Source: the human T2T-CHM13v2.0 reference genome, Homo sapiens. From it: DNA of 64,000 nt. Below the pieces are notes generated by a model. The model worked only from the letters and a program-made list of their open reading frames with translations, had not been told where the DNA came from and made no database searches. Numbering within the stretch: the first letter of the stretch is position 1; every line of letters begins with the position of its first letter. The stretch lies in the NCBI RefSeq assembly GCF_009914755.1, contig NC_060929.1; one strand, 5' to 3'. Shown in pieces: positions 15,268 through 28,420 of the stretch. A program made the position numbers and the translations under genes.

Positions 15268-15456
15268 ACACATATTTAATGGAACGTTTTGAAGGGTTTC
15301 AGCATAGACACACACCTACGACAGAGTCCCCACAATCCAGGTAGTCAACGTGTCCATCACCTCCAAAATTCCCTTGTGATCTTTTGTGGATTTTGTGTGT
15401 TTGTTAAGACACTTAGCACATTATCTCTTATTTTAACATATTTCAAAGTGCATTAA
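15268..15456 (-). mobile_element. L1M (L1MB-like) 3' UTR fragment
   Basis: CACAATCCAGGTAGTCAACGTGTCCATCACCTCCAAAATTCCCTTGTG is typical of a reverse L1M 3' end. Confidence 0.6.
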
Positions 15457-16452
15457 GAAGTCAAAACCAGATGTAAATCTTACCTCAAGGAACTTGAATT
15501 CTGCTTCATGTGTGTAAAGTCAGGCACTGTCCCAGCGTCTTAAAATCCAGAGTTAAAATGTACCTTTCCCAGGACCCCAAGGCCCTGTGTGTGACCTGAG
15601 GTGGCCCCGAGAAGAAGGCTGGGCCTCGCCAGGCCTGGCACAGCAGCAGACTCCCAGGCACCTCCTGAGAAGCTCCCGGAATTGGTGGCCCTCATTTATC
15701 CCACACACGAGGAAACAGATTTTTAGTCTATTGGCCTTTATCACCACACATCATTTAGATTCCAAGATGTGTACAAAAATCATCGCTCTCTAAAATTCAC
15801 CACTGGATTTCCAATTGGTGGGGCAGTCAGCGTCTCGTTGGCTTTCCCCTTGTTATGTTTATGGACAACAGGCAGAAATACGCGTGCCTTCTCTGCTGTG
15901 GGCTGTTTAAATTTAGCTAATTTTACGGCTCTCATCTGTGAAATAAAAATGAGAAGAGCAGTCCTCTCCATGTAATGGTATGTAAATTAATTAACTGGGA
16001 GTTAAGCATATGGAAAAATAAAAATGTCAATAAATACATTAGTGGCATCATAAATCTCCATCCAATTAACAAAAACTCCATCTTTACCTTGGGGGTCTCA
16101 CCTCTCTTACCAGTTTACAAATCTTCCTGTGAGTGTGTGTTTCTTTCCTGTGTTTAAAAAGAAAATCTCAAGTGAAAACACTGCCCGCTGGCATTAAGCA
16201 TGGAAGAGGGCACATTTTCCACCCCCCAGCTCTGGTTCCATCCGCGGGCACTTGATCACTTCCCTACCTGGGCCCTAGTCGCGTTGCCCCCAGAAGTAAA
16301 GCCTCAGCCCTGGGTCCCTGGAATGGCTGCAGGGAGCAGAGCTGCCTGGGAGCCCCAGAGCTGGGGGCCGTCTCAGCCACACTGGCCTTCCTTCCAGGAT
16401 GGCTGCCTGCTTATTTCTTCCTGTATCCCAGCTGCAACACGTGAAGACTTAG

Positions 16453-16529
16453 GTACAGTTGGGGCAGCAGAAAGCCCGGCCTGGGAGGCACCATGATGGG
16501 TTTTCAATCCATAACTCCAGGGCCGCCTG
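16453..16529 (+). repeat. 77-bp dispersed direct repeat, copy 2
   Basis: 65/77 ungapped identity to 15059-15135. Confidence 0.9.
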
Positions 16530-17309
16530 CTCAGTGGCTTCCTGCAGTCAGAAAGAGGGATTCAGGCAGCCTCAGGTCCTTCCTTCATGTTCCGCTGCTG
16601 GTTGCCCTCTGCCCTCCTCTCCTCCCTGGGGATGTGATGCCAGCTCCTCCTGTCCATGGGGGCTGCCCCCCATTCCTATGCACATCTCCCCTCCATTCCA
16701 GGTGACTTTTCCCTTCCCTGAAGCCCCTCACACACGTGGCTGTCATACCTCTGGGCTTTGATGGATCCTCTTAATGACGATATTCTGGCCCCCTAGCCTC
16801 CCTAACGGCCCAGAACCAGGCACACACCTCGCTCTTTCCCAATGCTCTCCCATTGCCAAGCATGGTGTGGCTCATGGGGCTGGAGCTCAGTGAATGCATT
16901 TGCACTTTAATTAAACCAGCCAGGTAACTGGCTGTTGGGTCTCATTTTGAAGACATTACCGCAACCCCTGTCTGAGACTTTTGGCGAAATACAACACAGC
17001 CCCTCAGAAGGAAGATGTTGTGGATAAAAAGTCCATCACATAACAGCACATGATTTGTGGCCAATGGTTTGCAGTTATCCAAGTGCTTCTTTTGTTCATG
17101 GGGCCTGAGGGCATAGGACAACTAATGAGTGACATCCCAGGCCCAGAGTTGGGGGCAGAGCATCCTCAGAGCATGGCGATGGGACTCAGAGGACAAGCAT
17201 GCAGCAGCTGCACACTCAGTCTTGAAGGTGGTGATGCTGAGAGTTCTGGTTCCTTCTTAGAAGCAAAGGAAAAAGGCACAGGCACCAGTGCAGTCCAACA
17301 CGTGTTTGA

Positions 17310-17643
<334 letters not shown>

Positions 17644-18694
17644 CCCTTCTCTTATTCTATTTTTCTATCCCAGTGTATACATTTGAAGGGAAAATTGCTG
17701 GTGACAATTTGCCCCATTCCCCATGCAGGACAAGGTAAGGACCCGGTCTTCCTGTGCAGCCTGATGATGGCTTTGTGTGTCTCTTGGTGGCAGAACTGGC
17801 ATAGCCTGGCACTTTGCACAATGTCTAGCAACAGATCAACTTTAACACAAGAAGGCAAGAATATGTTCAGGGAAAAAGGAGTTGTCGCTCTACTCTTGTA
17901 CTTCTCCCCAGACAACTTCAAAGGCACCAGCCCCTCTGCTCGCAGACTCTGTGCGTGGTTTTTTTTGCTGCACGAGGCATCCCCACAAAGGTGCTGGCAG
18001 CCTCCCCAGCCTCTGCCTCCTCTCTTTTGCAGCCTTCTGATGTCTTTCCAGGTTGGAGCTCCTGCTTAGATGAAACAGATGACTTTCTGGGCCTGCTTCT
18101 GCTCACAGCAGGCAGGAGCAACAGTGACTGATTGGTTGAAACATGAGGATTAATGGGTATTTATATTTCATTAAATTGTATGCTCACTGGAGAATAATGT
18201 ATCACTCGCAGATATTGAAACATATGTCAACCCTATCCACTTACATATCATTCAATTTGACTTAAATGGATTGATCAAATTTTATTAAAGTCCAATATAT
18301 CTTCCAAAAAAGGCTGCTAACACAGGACTGTCCCTGCAGAGTCACCCGATAAAAGGAGGAGCCTGTGCTATGACTCTATTTATACTATTTTTTGAGAAAA
18401 AAAATAGGTTATTGTGGATGAAGTACTCATTAGAAGGTGCACAGAAAAGTAAGATTCTTAAGCAGATTCTCAAGCACGGGCCCCACTATAGTGACCATAG
18501 AGAGGGTCGAGTCTGAATACCCAGCCGCCAAGGCTGTAGGACGCTGCTGTGCTTGTTCCCGGAAAGCAAGCTGCTCATCCCTGGGTCACAAAACCTGCCT
18601 TAGAAATCCTGATTCTGAATCTTCCTTTGCTGGCCTGGCTGCAGAGCTCCCTGTGGGCTGCCAGCCTGGCTGGGCGCTGGACTCGGAGCTCTGA

Positions 18695-19049
<355 letters not shown>

Positions 19050-19440
19050 GACAAGTGTGATTTTATTTGTTTAACACAGATCTGCTTACAAACAAAAATA
19101 AGTGTGAGTCACTTCAGACCAGACATCTCTAGCATTTCAGGCAGTTCCTAGTTCGTTGCTTATGTTAGACATTCCACAAGGTAAGTTGAATAGTGAACAC
19201 CCACGACCGGTTGGACATTATTTCTACAATTAAATGCTCACTTTCTAATGAATACACACTATGCCTATGCTGGGATCATATGCACATATTTTGGATAGAA
19301 TTTGAAAATAAACAGCAATTCTTAAAATATTGTTGCCCAGGTCTTTCAGATGTTATAAATATGATTCAAAAACATGGAGACTCCTGCACCTTCAACTTTA
19401 TAAAGGAATCAATAATAAAAACTACTTTCCTTAAGCATAT

Positions 19441-19816
19441 TGATATTGTTTGGCTCTGTGTCCCCACCCAAATCTTACCTCAGATTGTGGTCCCCAGTGT
19501 TGGGGGAGGGGCGGGCGGCAGGGGATTGACTCATGGGGGCGGGTTTCTCCCTTGCTGTTCTGGTGGTGGTGAGTGAGCGCTCAGGAGATGCGATGGTGTC
19601 ACCGGGTGGCACTTCCCCCTTCACTCTCTCCTACTCCGTTGTGGTAAAACCCGCTTGCTTCCGCTTTGCCGTCTGCCATGATTATGAGTTTCCCGAGGCC
19701 TCCCAGCCATGCTTCCTGTTAAGCCTGTGGAACTGTGAGTTAATTAAACCTCTTTTCTTCATAAATTACCCAGTCTCAGGTAGGTCATTATAGCAGTGTG
19801 AGAACAGACTAGTAAA
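19441..19816 (+). mobile_element. MSTA-like MaLR solo LTR
   Basis: TGATATTGTTTGGCTCTGTGTCCCCACCCAAATC ... ATAAATTACCCAGTCTCAGGTA...ATAGCAGTGTGAGAACAGACTA. Confidence 0.9.
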
Positions 19817-21713
19817 TATCTGTTCTAAAAGTCAAAATAGGGCCATAGTTTTCAAATCATAAAATTAACTTCTTGAAAGACAGCCTGGATATTTCTAGAG
19901 GAAATACCTCTCATCCTTTCAATGGAGAAGCTGGGGAAGTGGGAGGAGCCTTCATTCTTGAGGATAACACAAGGCCCTGTCTCCTTGTGAACTCAGAACT
20001 CACTCCTCGGGCACTACCCAGGCAAAGCCTCCTCTGCTAACCAGATCAAGTCACATTATGTGCAAGTTTGCAATCATAAAATACGAATATCGCCATTCGT
20101 TAATAAACTGAGAGTCGCTCATCAGATTCCTCAGGCAAAGTTCAGAGTAACACTTCAACAAGTGCAGCAAACCGGGCACACAGTCTATAAGGGTAGGGTC
20201 CCAGAGGGGCCACCTTCTGCTCCCCGGAGCCTGAGATGACACCAGCCTTTCTGCACTACAGACAGTTCAGGAAGGCTGAGGACTGCAGTCCATGGAGGAG
20301 CCCTGAAAGTTTCAGGCTCAGGATACTCAGAGGCGCACGGCACAGAGAGATGGGAGCAGACTGAGCGACAAGTCAGGGCAGGGCAGACTCGGTCCAGACA
20401 CTCCTGGAGCGGCAGCTGAGCCAGCAGCCTGCTCTCCTCTCAGGCCCAGCACAGGTGGGGCTCTCAGGCCCCTCTGCCTGCTGCAGATTCCTTGCCAGTG
20501 CTCCCAGGCGGCCACATGCGTGCCCGAAAGGGAAAGCATAGGCCGTCTCCGCGGCCTCACTTGTTTCTACTTCCCTGACCTGTTTGTCCCACTGACTTAC
20601 CGCCTCTGGAATGAACACCCGACAGCATGGAAGGGAGATTCCTGTCCAGTGCCTGGGCTGTACTCTGCATGCCGCTCTCGGTTCCACTTTCAGCAGTTTT
20701 TTCTTAGGAAACTCAGTGGTCCATTGAGTGCCACGCAGTCTTGCCTTGTGCTATTTGAGTGAATAATCAGCTGTCATTCACCTCCTAACTTCACCATAAG
20801 AGCCCAGATGAGCCATTTTTTTCTGCCTGAAGACATCCTCTGCCCCACGTTTGTGGCAAACTCGCTGGAGCTTGAACTACTTTGAGTCTCATCCTCAATA
20901 CTTCTTTAGTCCCCGAGACATAGGTGAGGCTACAGAGGTGGCCGGAGAATTGCTGATTCCGTGGCTTCATGACCATTGTCTGGCTGGTTTGTCAACCAAC
21001 AGTTTGAAGCCCTATCTGGCCACCGAGATTCAGTGCCTGGGGCAGAACCCACAGTACCTCGATCCTGGGGCAGTGAGGGTGTGCACTGGGATGGTGCAGT
21101 GACATGCAACACATATTACAAATCAACAAGACCTTTAATTCTCCCAGTGAACACAGGGGCAAGGGCTGTACACAAGCTATTAATAACCCAAAAATGAACA
21201 GAAGAATCATAAGGACTTGTAAAACTGTTAAGGATGTAAAGAAAGCAAAGGAAATCAGTAAACAAATTCTAGTAGCCGGGATTTCCAAGGATCCAGAAGC
21301 AGTTTGAGGCCTTTTTGGCAGAAGGAAGTTTCCCTGTCTTCTCCTCGAAAAGGTAGAGGAGGTGATGATGCTGGCCCCGCATCCTCCTGAGACTCCTCAC
21401 AGAAGAAGAGAACACACAGTGGGACCCTGTGCCAAAAAGACAATTCCAGAAGAACCACCACCACTCTAGGTGGGCTTCGTGTCTAATGGGAACATGATTT
21501 CTTTCCAGGGAAATTTCTCCAGCATGTAGGGGGAACAGGCAGGCTCCCTCCTCTGAGAGTTCAGGAAGGGGTGGGTGCTCTGCCCGCCCACCTGGCCCAT
21601 CGCTGCCCACACTGAGCCAGCCCCTCTGTGCCCTCCCTACCCGGACGTCCCCCTGCACCCATCAATGGTGTCCACTCTGCAGGTCTCAGGCCTGGGAGAC
21701 ACTACGTTAACAT

Positions 21714-22066
21714 TGTTAGAAGATAAACTGAGGCACATTCCGGTTTCAGAGAGCTGGTTTGAGCAGATGGGGTTGCAGGAACCCGGCAGCTCTGGACAAG
21801 CTGGTCCTGGCTTCACCGGCGTGGCAGGAGGAAGACTGCATGGTAAACACAGCCAGGCGAGGAAAATTGTTGCCATCTGAAGAGGGCCAGTAGCCCTGCC
21901 GGGATCATCCGGGTGGAAAGTCCTCAGTGAGAGTGCAGCGGGCAGCTCTCGATTGTTTAAGCCTGGTTTCCTCTCACTAGGATCCTGGAGATGGGCTTAC
22001 CTAGAAACCCAGGCACTGGAGCCATGGCTCGCACTGTCCCGGTCTCACATTAGCGGCTTTAACCAA
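21714..22066 (-). mobile_element. Probable ERV1 MER4-group LTR remnant
   Basis: TGTTAGAAGATAAACTGAGGCACATT...TTTGAGCAG...GGCAGCTC resembles the reverse end of MER4-group LTRs. Confidence 0.45.
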
Positions 22067-22698
22067 GTTCAGTATTTACTCTAGACTGGAGCCTTTATGA
22101 GCCTCACGGGCACTTAGGGCAGACGCTAGATCTGGGGAAGTGCCCTGGGAAGCCAGTTTTTCAAGAGATACCTAATATCAAGGAACACTGATACATCACA
22201 GGGCACTGTTTGCAAACACCATCCTGGAAGCCACATTCCTGAAGACAGAATTACTTCTGACTCATATTTTTGTCTCTAGTGATATTTAGGACATACAGAA
22301 TATGATCAAGAAATAAAAGAAGGAAGGAAAGGAGTGATGGGGACAAAATGTGACTTAGGGCAAAAGCAAGTCTATTGATTCTTCTTCTCCACAAACCACC
22401 CCAACCCCTAGCAGAGAGACTAAGGGTGCCTTTGCCAATGTCTGAATGAACAAATGAATGAATAAATTTTTCATTGAATCAATCATACCATATATGAAGA
22501 AGCTGAAATTAATCTCATTTCACTTCATGAAATATGAGGGCAAAAATATGAGGCTGTCTCTGGAGATGAGCCAAGAGACTTGATAGGAAATTACCGTGTG
22601 ACGTTGACAGCTTTGTTCCCAAAGGCTGCTGCTCAGAGCTGACCTGGGCTGCAACGCACACAGACAACCTGGAGAAATGGGACCCGTCTTTAAGGCAC

Positions 22699-23384
22699 TG
22701 TGTGTGTGAGTGTGTATTTGTGTGTATGTATGTGTGTATATGTATGTATGTGTGTATGTGTGTATTATGTATGTATGTGTGTATATGTGTGTTTGTGTGT
22801 ATTATAAGTGTGAATGTGTATGTGTATATTATATGTATGTGTACGTATGCATATGTGTACATGTGTGTGCATATATATGTGTGTATGCATGTATTATGAA
22901 TGTGCATATCTGTGTATATGTATGTGTGTATGCATGTGTGTGTTGTATGTGCATGTGTGTGTCTGTGCATGTAAGCATGTATATATGTGTATTTTGTGTG
23001 TGCATGTCTGTGTGTTTGTATGTATGTAAGCATGTGTGTATTATATGTGTATTTGTGTGTGCCTGTTTGTAAATGTGTGTGTATATGTGTATGTGTGTGT
23101 GTCTGTGTGTATGTTTGTGTATTATATGTATATTGTGTGCCTGTGTGTATATGTGTGCAGGTATTAATGTGTGTGTGTGCATGTGTGTATATGTATGTGT
23201 GTGTGCCTGTGTGTATATGTGTGTGTTAGTGTGTGTGCCTGTGTTATATATGTGTGTGTGTATTATATGTGTATGTGTGTGTGCCTGTGTGTATATGTGT
23301 GTGTGTATTATGTGTATGTTTGTGTGCCTGTGTATGTATGTGTGTGTATTATACATGTATGTGTGTGTGCCTGTGTGTGTGTGC
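22699..23384. repeat. Degenerate (TG/TA)n low-complexity tract, ~690 bp
   Basis: TGTGTATATG and TGTGTGCCTG reiterations. Confidence 0.95.
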
Positions 23385-23385
23385 A

Positions 23386-24203
23386 CCCTCTTGTTTCAGC
23401 ACTCATGCAGTACATAATTGTCCTTTCTGTAGCCTACTTAGTGCCACATGTTTGGGGTGGTTTTTTTTCTTTTTTTTTGCATTTTTGTGCTTTTTGTTTG
23501 TGGTTTTGCAGTTTAAAACACTCCCCATACATACTGCTACAGTGCTGTCCAGGGCAAGAAGGCTGTGATGTGCCTTATGGAGAAAACAGGTGTGTTAGAT
23601 GAGCTTGCTTCAGGCATGAGTTATACAGCAGGTGGCTGCAAGTTCAATGTTAACAAATCAACTATAACCAGTCATGCATTGCTTAATAGTGGGGATACGT
23701 TCTGAGAAATGCATCTTTAGGCAATTTTGTTATTGTGTAGACATTGTAGAGTGTTCTTACACACACCTAGATGGTCTAGCCTACTACACACCTAGGTTGC
23801 GTGGTACACCCTATTGCTCCCAGGCTACAAACCTGCACACCATGCTACTGTACTGAATGCTGCAAGCAATGGTAACACAATGGTAGGGATTTGTGTATCT
23901 AAACATAGAAAAGCTACAGTAAAAATACAGTCTTATAATGTTATGGAACCAATATCATCTATGTGGTCCGTCATTGATTGAAATGTCTTTATGAGGCACA
24001 TGATTGTGTATTTAATAAGTTGTCTTTACACAGAAACACATAAAAAAATGAAGTTATGTATTGAATGATTGATGAAAATATGACCAGAGGCTTGCAGGAC
24101 CTGAACCCTGTGTTTCCCCAGGAGCAATGGCTCAGCATTCAATAATTCAAGATTTGAGGTGATTTTCTAGAACATGAGGACAGTGAAGAGCAAGAACCCA
24201 CTG
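23386..24203. mobile_element. Tigger-family DNA transposon (MER82-like), interrupted by Tigger3a
   Basis: CTTGTTTCAGC...AAGAAGGCTGTGATGTGCCTTATGGAGAAAA...TGACCAGAGGCTTGCAGGACCTGAACCCTGTG...CCACTG|TA. Confidence 0.75.
23669..24006 (+). mobile_element. Tigger3a/MER7A nested in the MER82-like element
   Basis: CAGTCATGCATTGCTTAATAGTGGGGATACGTTCTGAGAAATGC ... GGCACATGATTG; homologous to 11703-12042. Confidence 0.88.
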
Positions 24204-24277
24204 TACTTGTATGAGCCTGGCCTCTTAGTGAAAGCAGATTCCTCCAAATCAGTGATGAATGAGAACTTCATGTAAAT

Positions 24278-24458
24278 TTGTTCTCAAACTTGGGTGCACG
24301 TTAAAATAACTGTGAATCTTTGAAAAAGGATCACTGACACCTGCTGGCACGGCTTTTCTCAGGAGTACGTACTAATCGGATTGGTAAGAAGACCAGGCAT
24401 CAGCATTTTCAAACCACCAGGTGATTCTCACATGCAGCCAGGTTTAGAAATCTCCAGT
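24278..24458. mobile_element. MER5-type hAT DNA transposon
   Basis: GTTCTCAAACTTGGGTGCAC ... CAGGTGATTCTCACATGCAGCCAGGTTTAGAAATCTCCAG. Confidence 0.7.
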
Positions 24459-24464
24459 GTATTA

Positions 24465-25480
24465 GGGAACTCAAACAACTCAATAGCAGAATAGCAAATA
24501 ATTGATTTTAAAAATAAGCAAAAGACCAGAAGAAACATTTCTCAAAAGAAGACATAAAAATGGCCAACAGGTATTTACAAGAATGTTCAACATCACTAAT
24601 TATCAGAAAAAGGCAAATCAAAACCACAATGAGATATCACCTCATACCTGTTATAATGACTACTATCAAAAAGACAAAAAATAAGAATTGTTGGTGGGGA
24701 TGTGAAGAAAGGAGAATCATAACACACTGTTGGTGGGAATGTAAATTAGTAAAGCCATTAGGAAAACAGTATAAACAGTACAGAGGTTCCTCAAAAAGCT
24801 ACAAATAGAGCTACCATAAGATTCAGCCATCCAGCTACTGGGTATATATTGAGAGGAAGTAAAATCAGTACATCAAAGAGACACCTGCACTCCTACGTTT
24901 ATTTCCGCTTTAGCCACGGTAGCCAACTTATGGAATCAACCCAAGAGTCTATCAGTGGATGAATGGATAAAGAAAATGTGGTATGTATAGGCCATGGAAT
25001 AGTATTCAGCCATGAAAGGAAAATCCTGTCATTCTTGACAATGTGGATAAGCCCGAAGGACTTCATGTTAAGTAAAATAAACCAGACTCAGAGGCAAATG
25101 CTGCATGATCTCTCTCATATGTGGAATCTAAAAGGTTGATTTCGTAGGAGTAGAACAGTGGTTACCAGAGGTGAGGGAGGGAAGGGGCAGGAAGATGGAG
25201 AGAGTGTGGTCACTGGACACAAAGCTCGTTGGATGGAAGAAGCACATGCTGGGGTTCTGTTGCACAGGAGGTGACTGGAGTTAGCAATCATGCATGGCAC
25301 ATTTCAAAATTAGCTAGAAGAGAGGTTTTAAATGTTTTCACCAGAAAGAAATAACATGTGTTTGAGGTGATGAATATGCTAATTCCCCTGATTTGATCAT
25401 TACACAATGTATGCATGCAACAAAACATCACATGGCACCCCATACATAGGTACAATTATTATCTCTCAATTTAAGAAAGA
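24465..25480 (+). mobile_element. L1MA 3' end (ORF2 C-terminus plus 3' UTR), 5'-truncated
   Basis: ORF 24560-24808 gives IKTTMRYHLIPV..CW...HCWWECKLV of the L1 ORF2 C-terminus, followed by an L1MA-type 3' UTR. Confidence 0.9.
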
Positions 25481-26910
25481 ATGAAAATGCCCAGTGTAAC
25501 CACAGCACCAACTGGAATCTTTTCCTAGAAACAAAACCAGAGTGTCCTAAAGGTGAACGAAAGCTGCCCCCATACTCATAGAAGCTCAAAGATAACTGCT
25601 GGTTTCTCCACATGCAGCTTCCCTCCTACCCCCTTTAAGCATCAAGGCTGGCTTCCAACCCCGTGATCCAGGGTCCCGTCTTGGACAAGATTCCCCATGT
25701 GCAACCTCCAGTGTGGCCCAGTGACCAGAAGTAGTCTCTGGGGTCTGGCTTTTTGGACTCAAATCTCACCACACACCTACTGTCCCATGACCTCGGAAAA
25801 TCACAGACCATGGCCATAGCGTGGAGATGGTGACACTTCACCTTCCATGGAATTCTTTTGAGATTGAAAGAACACAAGCGTGTGAGCTGCTTGCACCTGG
25901 CCTGGCGTGTCTTCACTGAATTTGAGGAGCTGAGAATATTGCCTTCTTGTTTTCTTTGCCCGAGTTGGAGCTGGTGGGAAAAGACAGAGTGGACAGGTGC
26001 TGATCAGCCCATGGGGGCTGATAGAGCCGATTTTAAGAGGTGGACAAGGTGGGTGGCCAGGGCCTTTCTCCCTGTGAGTCCCAGGATAGAGGCAGCTCCT
26101 GCTCCATCATGGGCTGGAAAAGCACAGGATCTGTAGGTCGATCTAAGCAGCTCCTTGACCTTGTTGCATCTGGGTGGAACTCACTCCTAGTCTATCCTTA
26201 GTGCCTCGCATAGGGTATCAGAGATCCAATGCTGTATGAAGGCACTCAGATAACAAAATGCCAAAATAAATGATAAAATCCCAGGGAAGTATGGAAGTCT
26301 CTATGTTAAGTATGAAATGGGTTCTCTCCCAGCTTTTCCTCTGCTCTGCCTCAGGTGGAGGGGTGGCTGCAGTCGGAGAGGTGAGGTCTTTCTGCAGCTG
26401 TGTCTCATGCTGTCTTTGCTCAGAATGAATATATTAGTAGTTCCTGCAGGGCCTGTGGAATGATTTCAGATAAAGCGACATCCACGTGCACCTTGCTTTC
26501 TGAAGGGTTTCGATGACACCAAATAGCATCAGATCATAGACTCTACACCCCACAAATACAGAACACCCAGGCTCAGGGCAGTCACCTGCAGAAGTGTGTG
26601 CCACCCAAGGCCAGCCGGGGACTCCATGGTGTCAAGGTCAACTGTCCAGCATCTGCGACCTGCAGTCTGAAACTCAGCCACACCTCACAGACTGGCAAGA
26701 AGCCAAGAGTGGCACTTAATTTTCCGTATCTGGTGGGAAAAACCCATTGGCCCCTCTGATCGCCCTGCCTTCTAACAGTGTTTGGAGATTCACAGTGGCA
26801 GCTGCTCCAGCTTCCAGCTCCTCTCAGAGGTTACTTTCCATCTCATGCAGGCAACACAGACTCTCTCATCCTTGTTTTCCTTTCCAACCCTGAGTGTCTG
26901 GCCTCGAGAT

Positions 26911-26984
26911 GCAGAGACAGCGTTCTCAGTGCTGGGTCGTGGGGCTGCAGGGGCAGTGTTCTCCGTCCTGGGCCATGGGGCTGC
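26911..26984. repeat. Two-copy 36-bp tandem duplication
   Basis: CAGCGTTCTCAGTGCTGGGTCGTGGGGCTGC vs CAGTGTTCTCCGTCCTGGGCCATGGGGCTGC. Confidence 0.75.
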
Positions 26985-28420
26985 CCGACTGCCTCTCTCA
27001 CTCACCCCACTAAACCCCCGCAATGGCTCCAGCAGGACAATCACCCTGCACTGCCTTTTGCTGGAACTCCTTGTAACATTTACTAGAATATAGTTTGCTA
27101 AGAAACCAAATGTCTTGTAAAGTGTGTTCATGTACCATGCCATCCAAAGAGTGTAGTAACTGATTTACCAAAGGAGACTTGGTCTAAAATAACTCATCTT
27201 AACACAGCCTCACACCGCGAACCTCTGGAAAAACATCCTAACAAGATTCCAACAGAAAGCACATGCTGTTTCGTGTCCCACACTGGCTTGTGATTCGTTT
27301 TCCTTTAAAATATGTCTTAAGTTTCTTTACTTGAAGGTGAACAGTAATTCAGCTCTGGAGTGTTGGTCAGCAAGGCAGAAACCAGGGACCCAGAAAGAGA
27401 GAAGCTCCTTCTCGGCCATGGGCCTCTCCTCCAGGCAGAGGCCCCCAGTCCCTCCCTGCCATCCATGGGTGGCTGCGGCATATGGCACAGCAGCTGGAGA
27501 GTAGGGTGCCATGCTGCTATAATGAGACCCCTTTGAATCATTAAATAGCATCACAAAGGAAAAAGGCCATCTACAAACAGAGCCCTATATTTAAGTTCAT
27601 GAATCAATTAATCTTTAAAAGGCAGAGTTCACTTAATAAGCTGGCATCAGAGGGCAGCAGCTACACAAGACGTGGAAGTCAGGGCGACCACAATGTCAGG
27701 ACCCTGCATCTGGCAGGATTTGTAGCCATGCTATCTCAAGAGACATCAAATCATGAGAAAGCAGCAAGGGTCCTGCAGCTCCATCCTCAAAGACTCTTTC
27801 CTCCCAACCCCGAAAATAGATCCACCACTGGCTCAGTCACAGCCACCAGAGGCATGGCGGGTGACAAAAAACAGCCCAGGGCCCCTGAAACTCTGGTCCG
27901 TCTTGGAACAGGACAGTGAGAGAATGCAGGGACACTTTCTTAGTAAGGGTGAGTGCACTGTCTGCTATGACTGCCACGCGTTTCAGCTCATGGAATGTTG
28001 ATGCGTCCATGCTCTCGGCCAAGGTGACGTGGAAACTCACACAATTAAATGTTTATTTTTGTCAGGTTGGACAGAATTAAGGGCCACACCCAGCTTTTTC
28101 TAATTTTCCCCTCAACTTCACAGAACCCAGGAATCATGTCTAAAGTAAGAGCTTTGATTTTCTTTTCAGTGAACTTGCCTATGTTTCTTTAAATTTTCTT
28201 ATGCAGTATACTTTTATTATAGTTTTATTGTCATTATTTGGCCTCTTCATTTTCAGACAAGTTTTTGTTTTGTTCTGTTCTGTTTTACATGCTCACTGTT
28301 TTGAGGAAAAGACAGTTGGAGTTCATGAATCTCTGTAATTATCTATGATTGGGTGGAATCCAGAGCAAACTGATCTTTGTCTTTCTGGTCTCCTTTATGC
28401 TTCTAGGAGTCCTCCTCCAT

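Noticed and set aside
22515-23602. Overlapping ORF cluster
   Set aside because: Artefact of the TG/TA simple repeat
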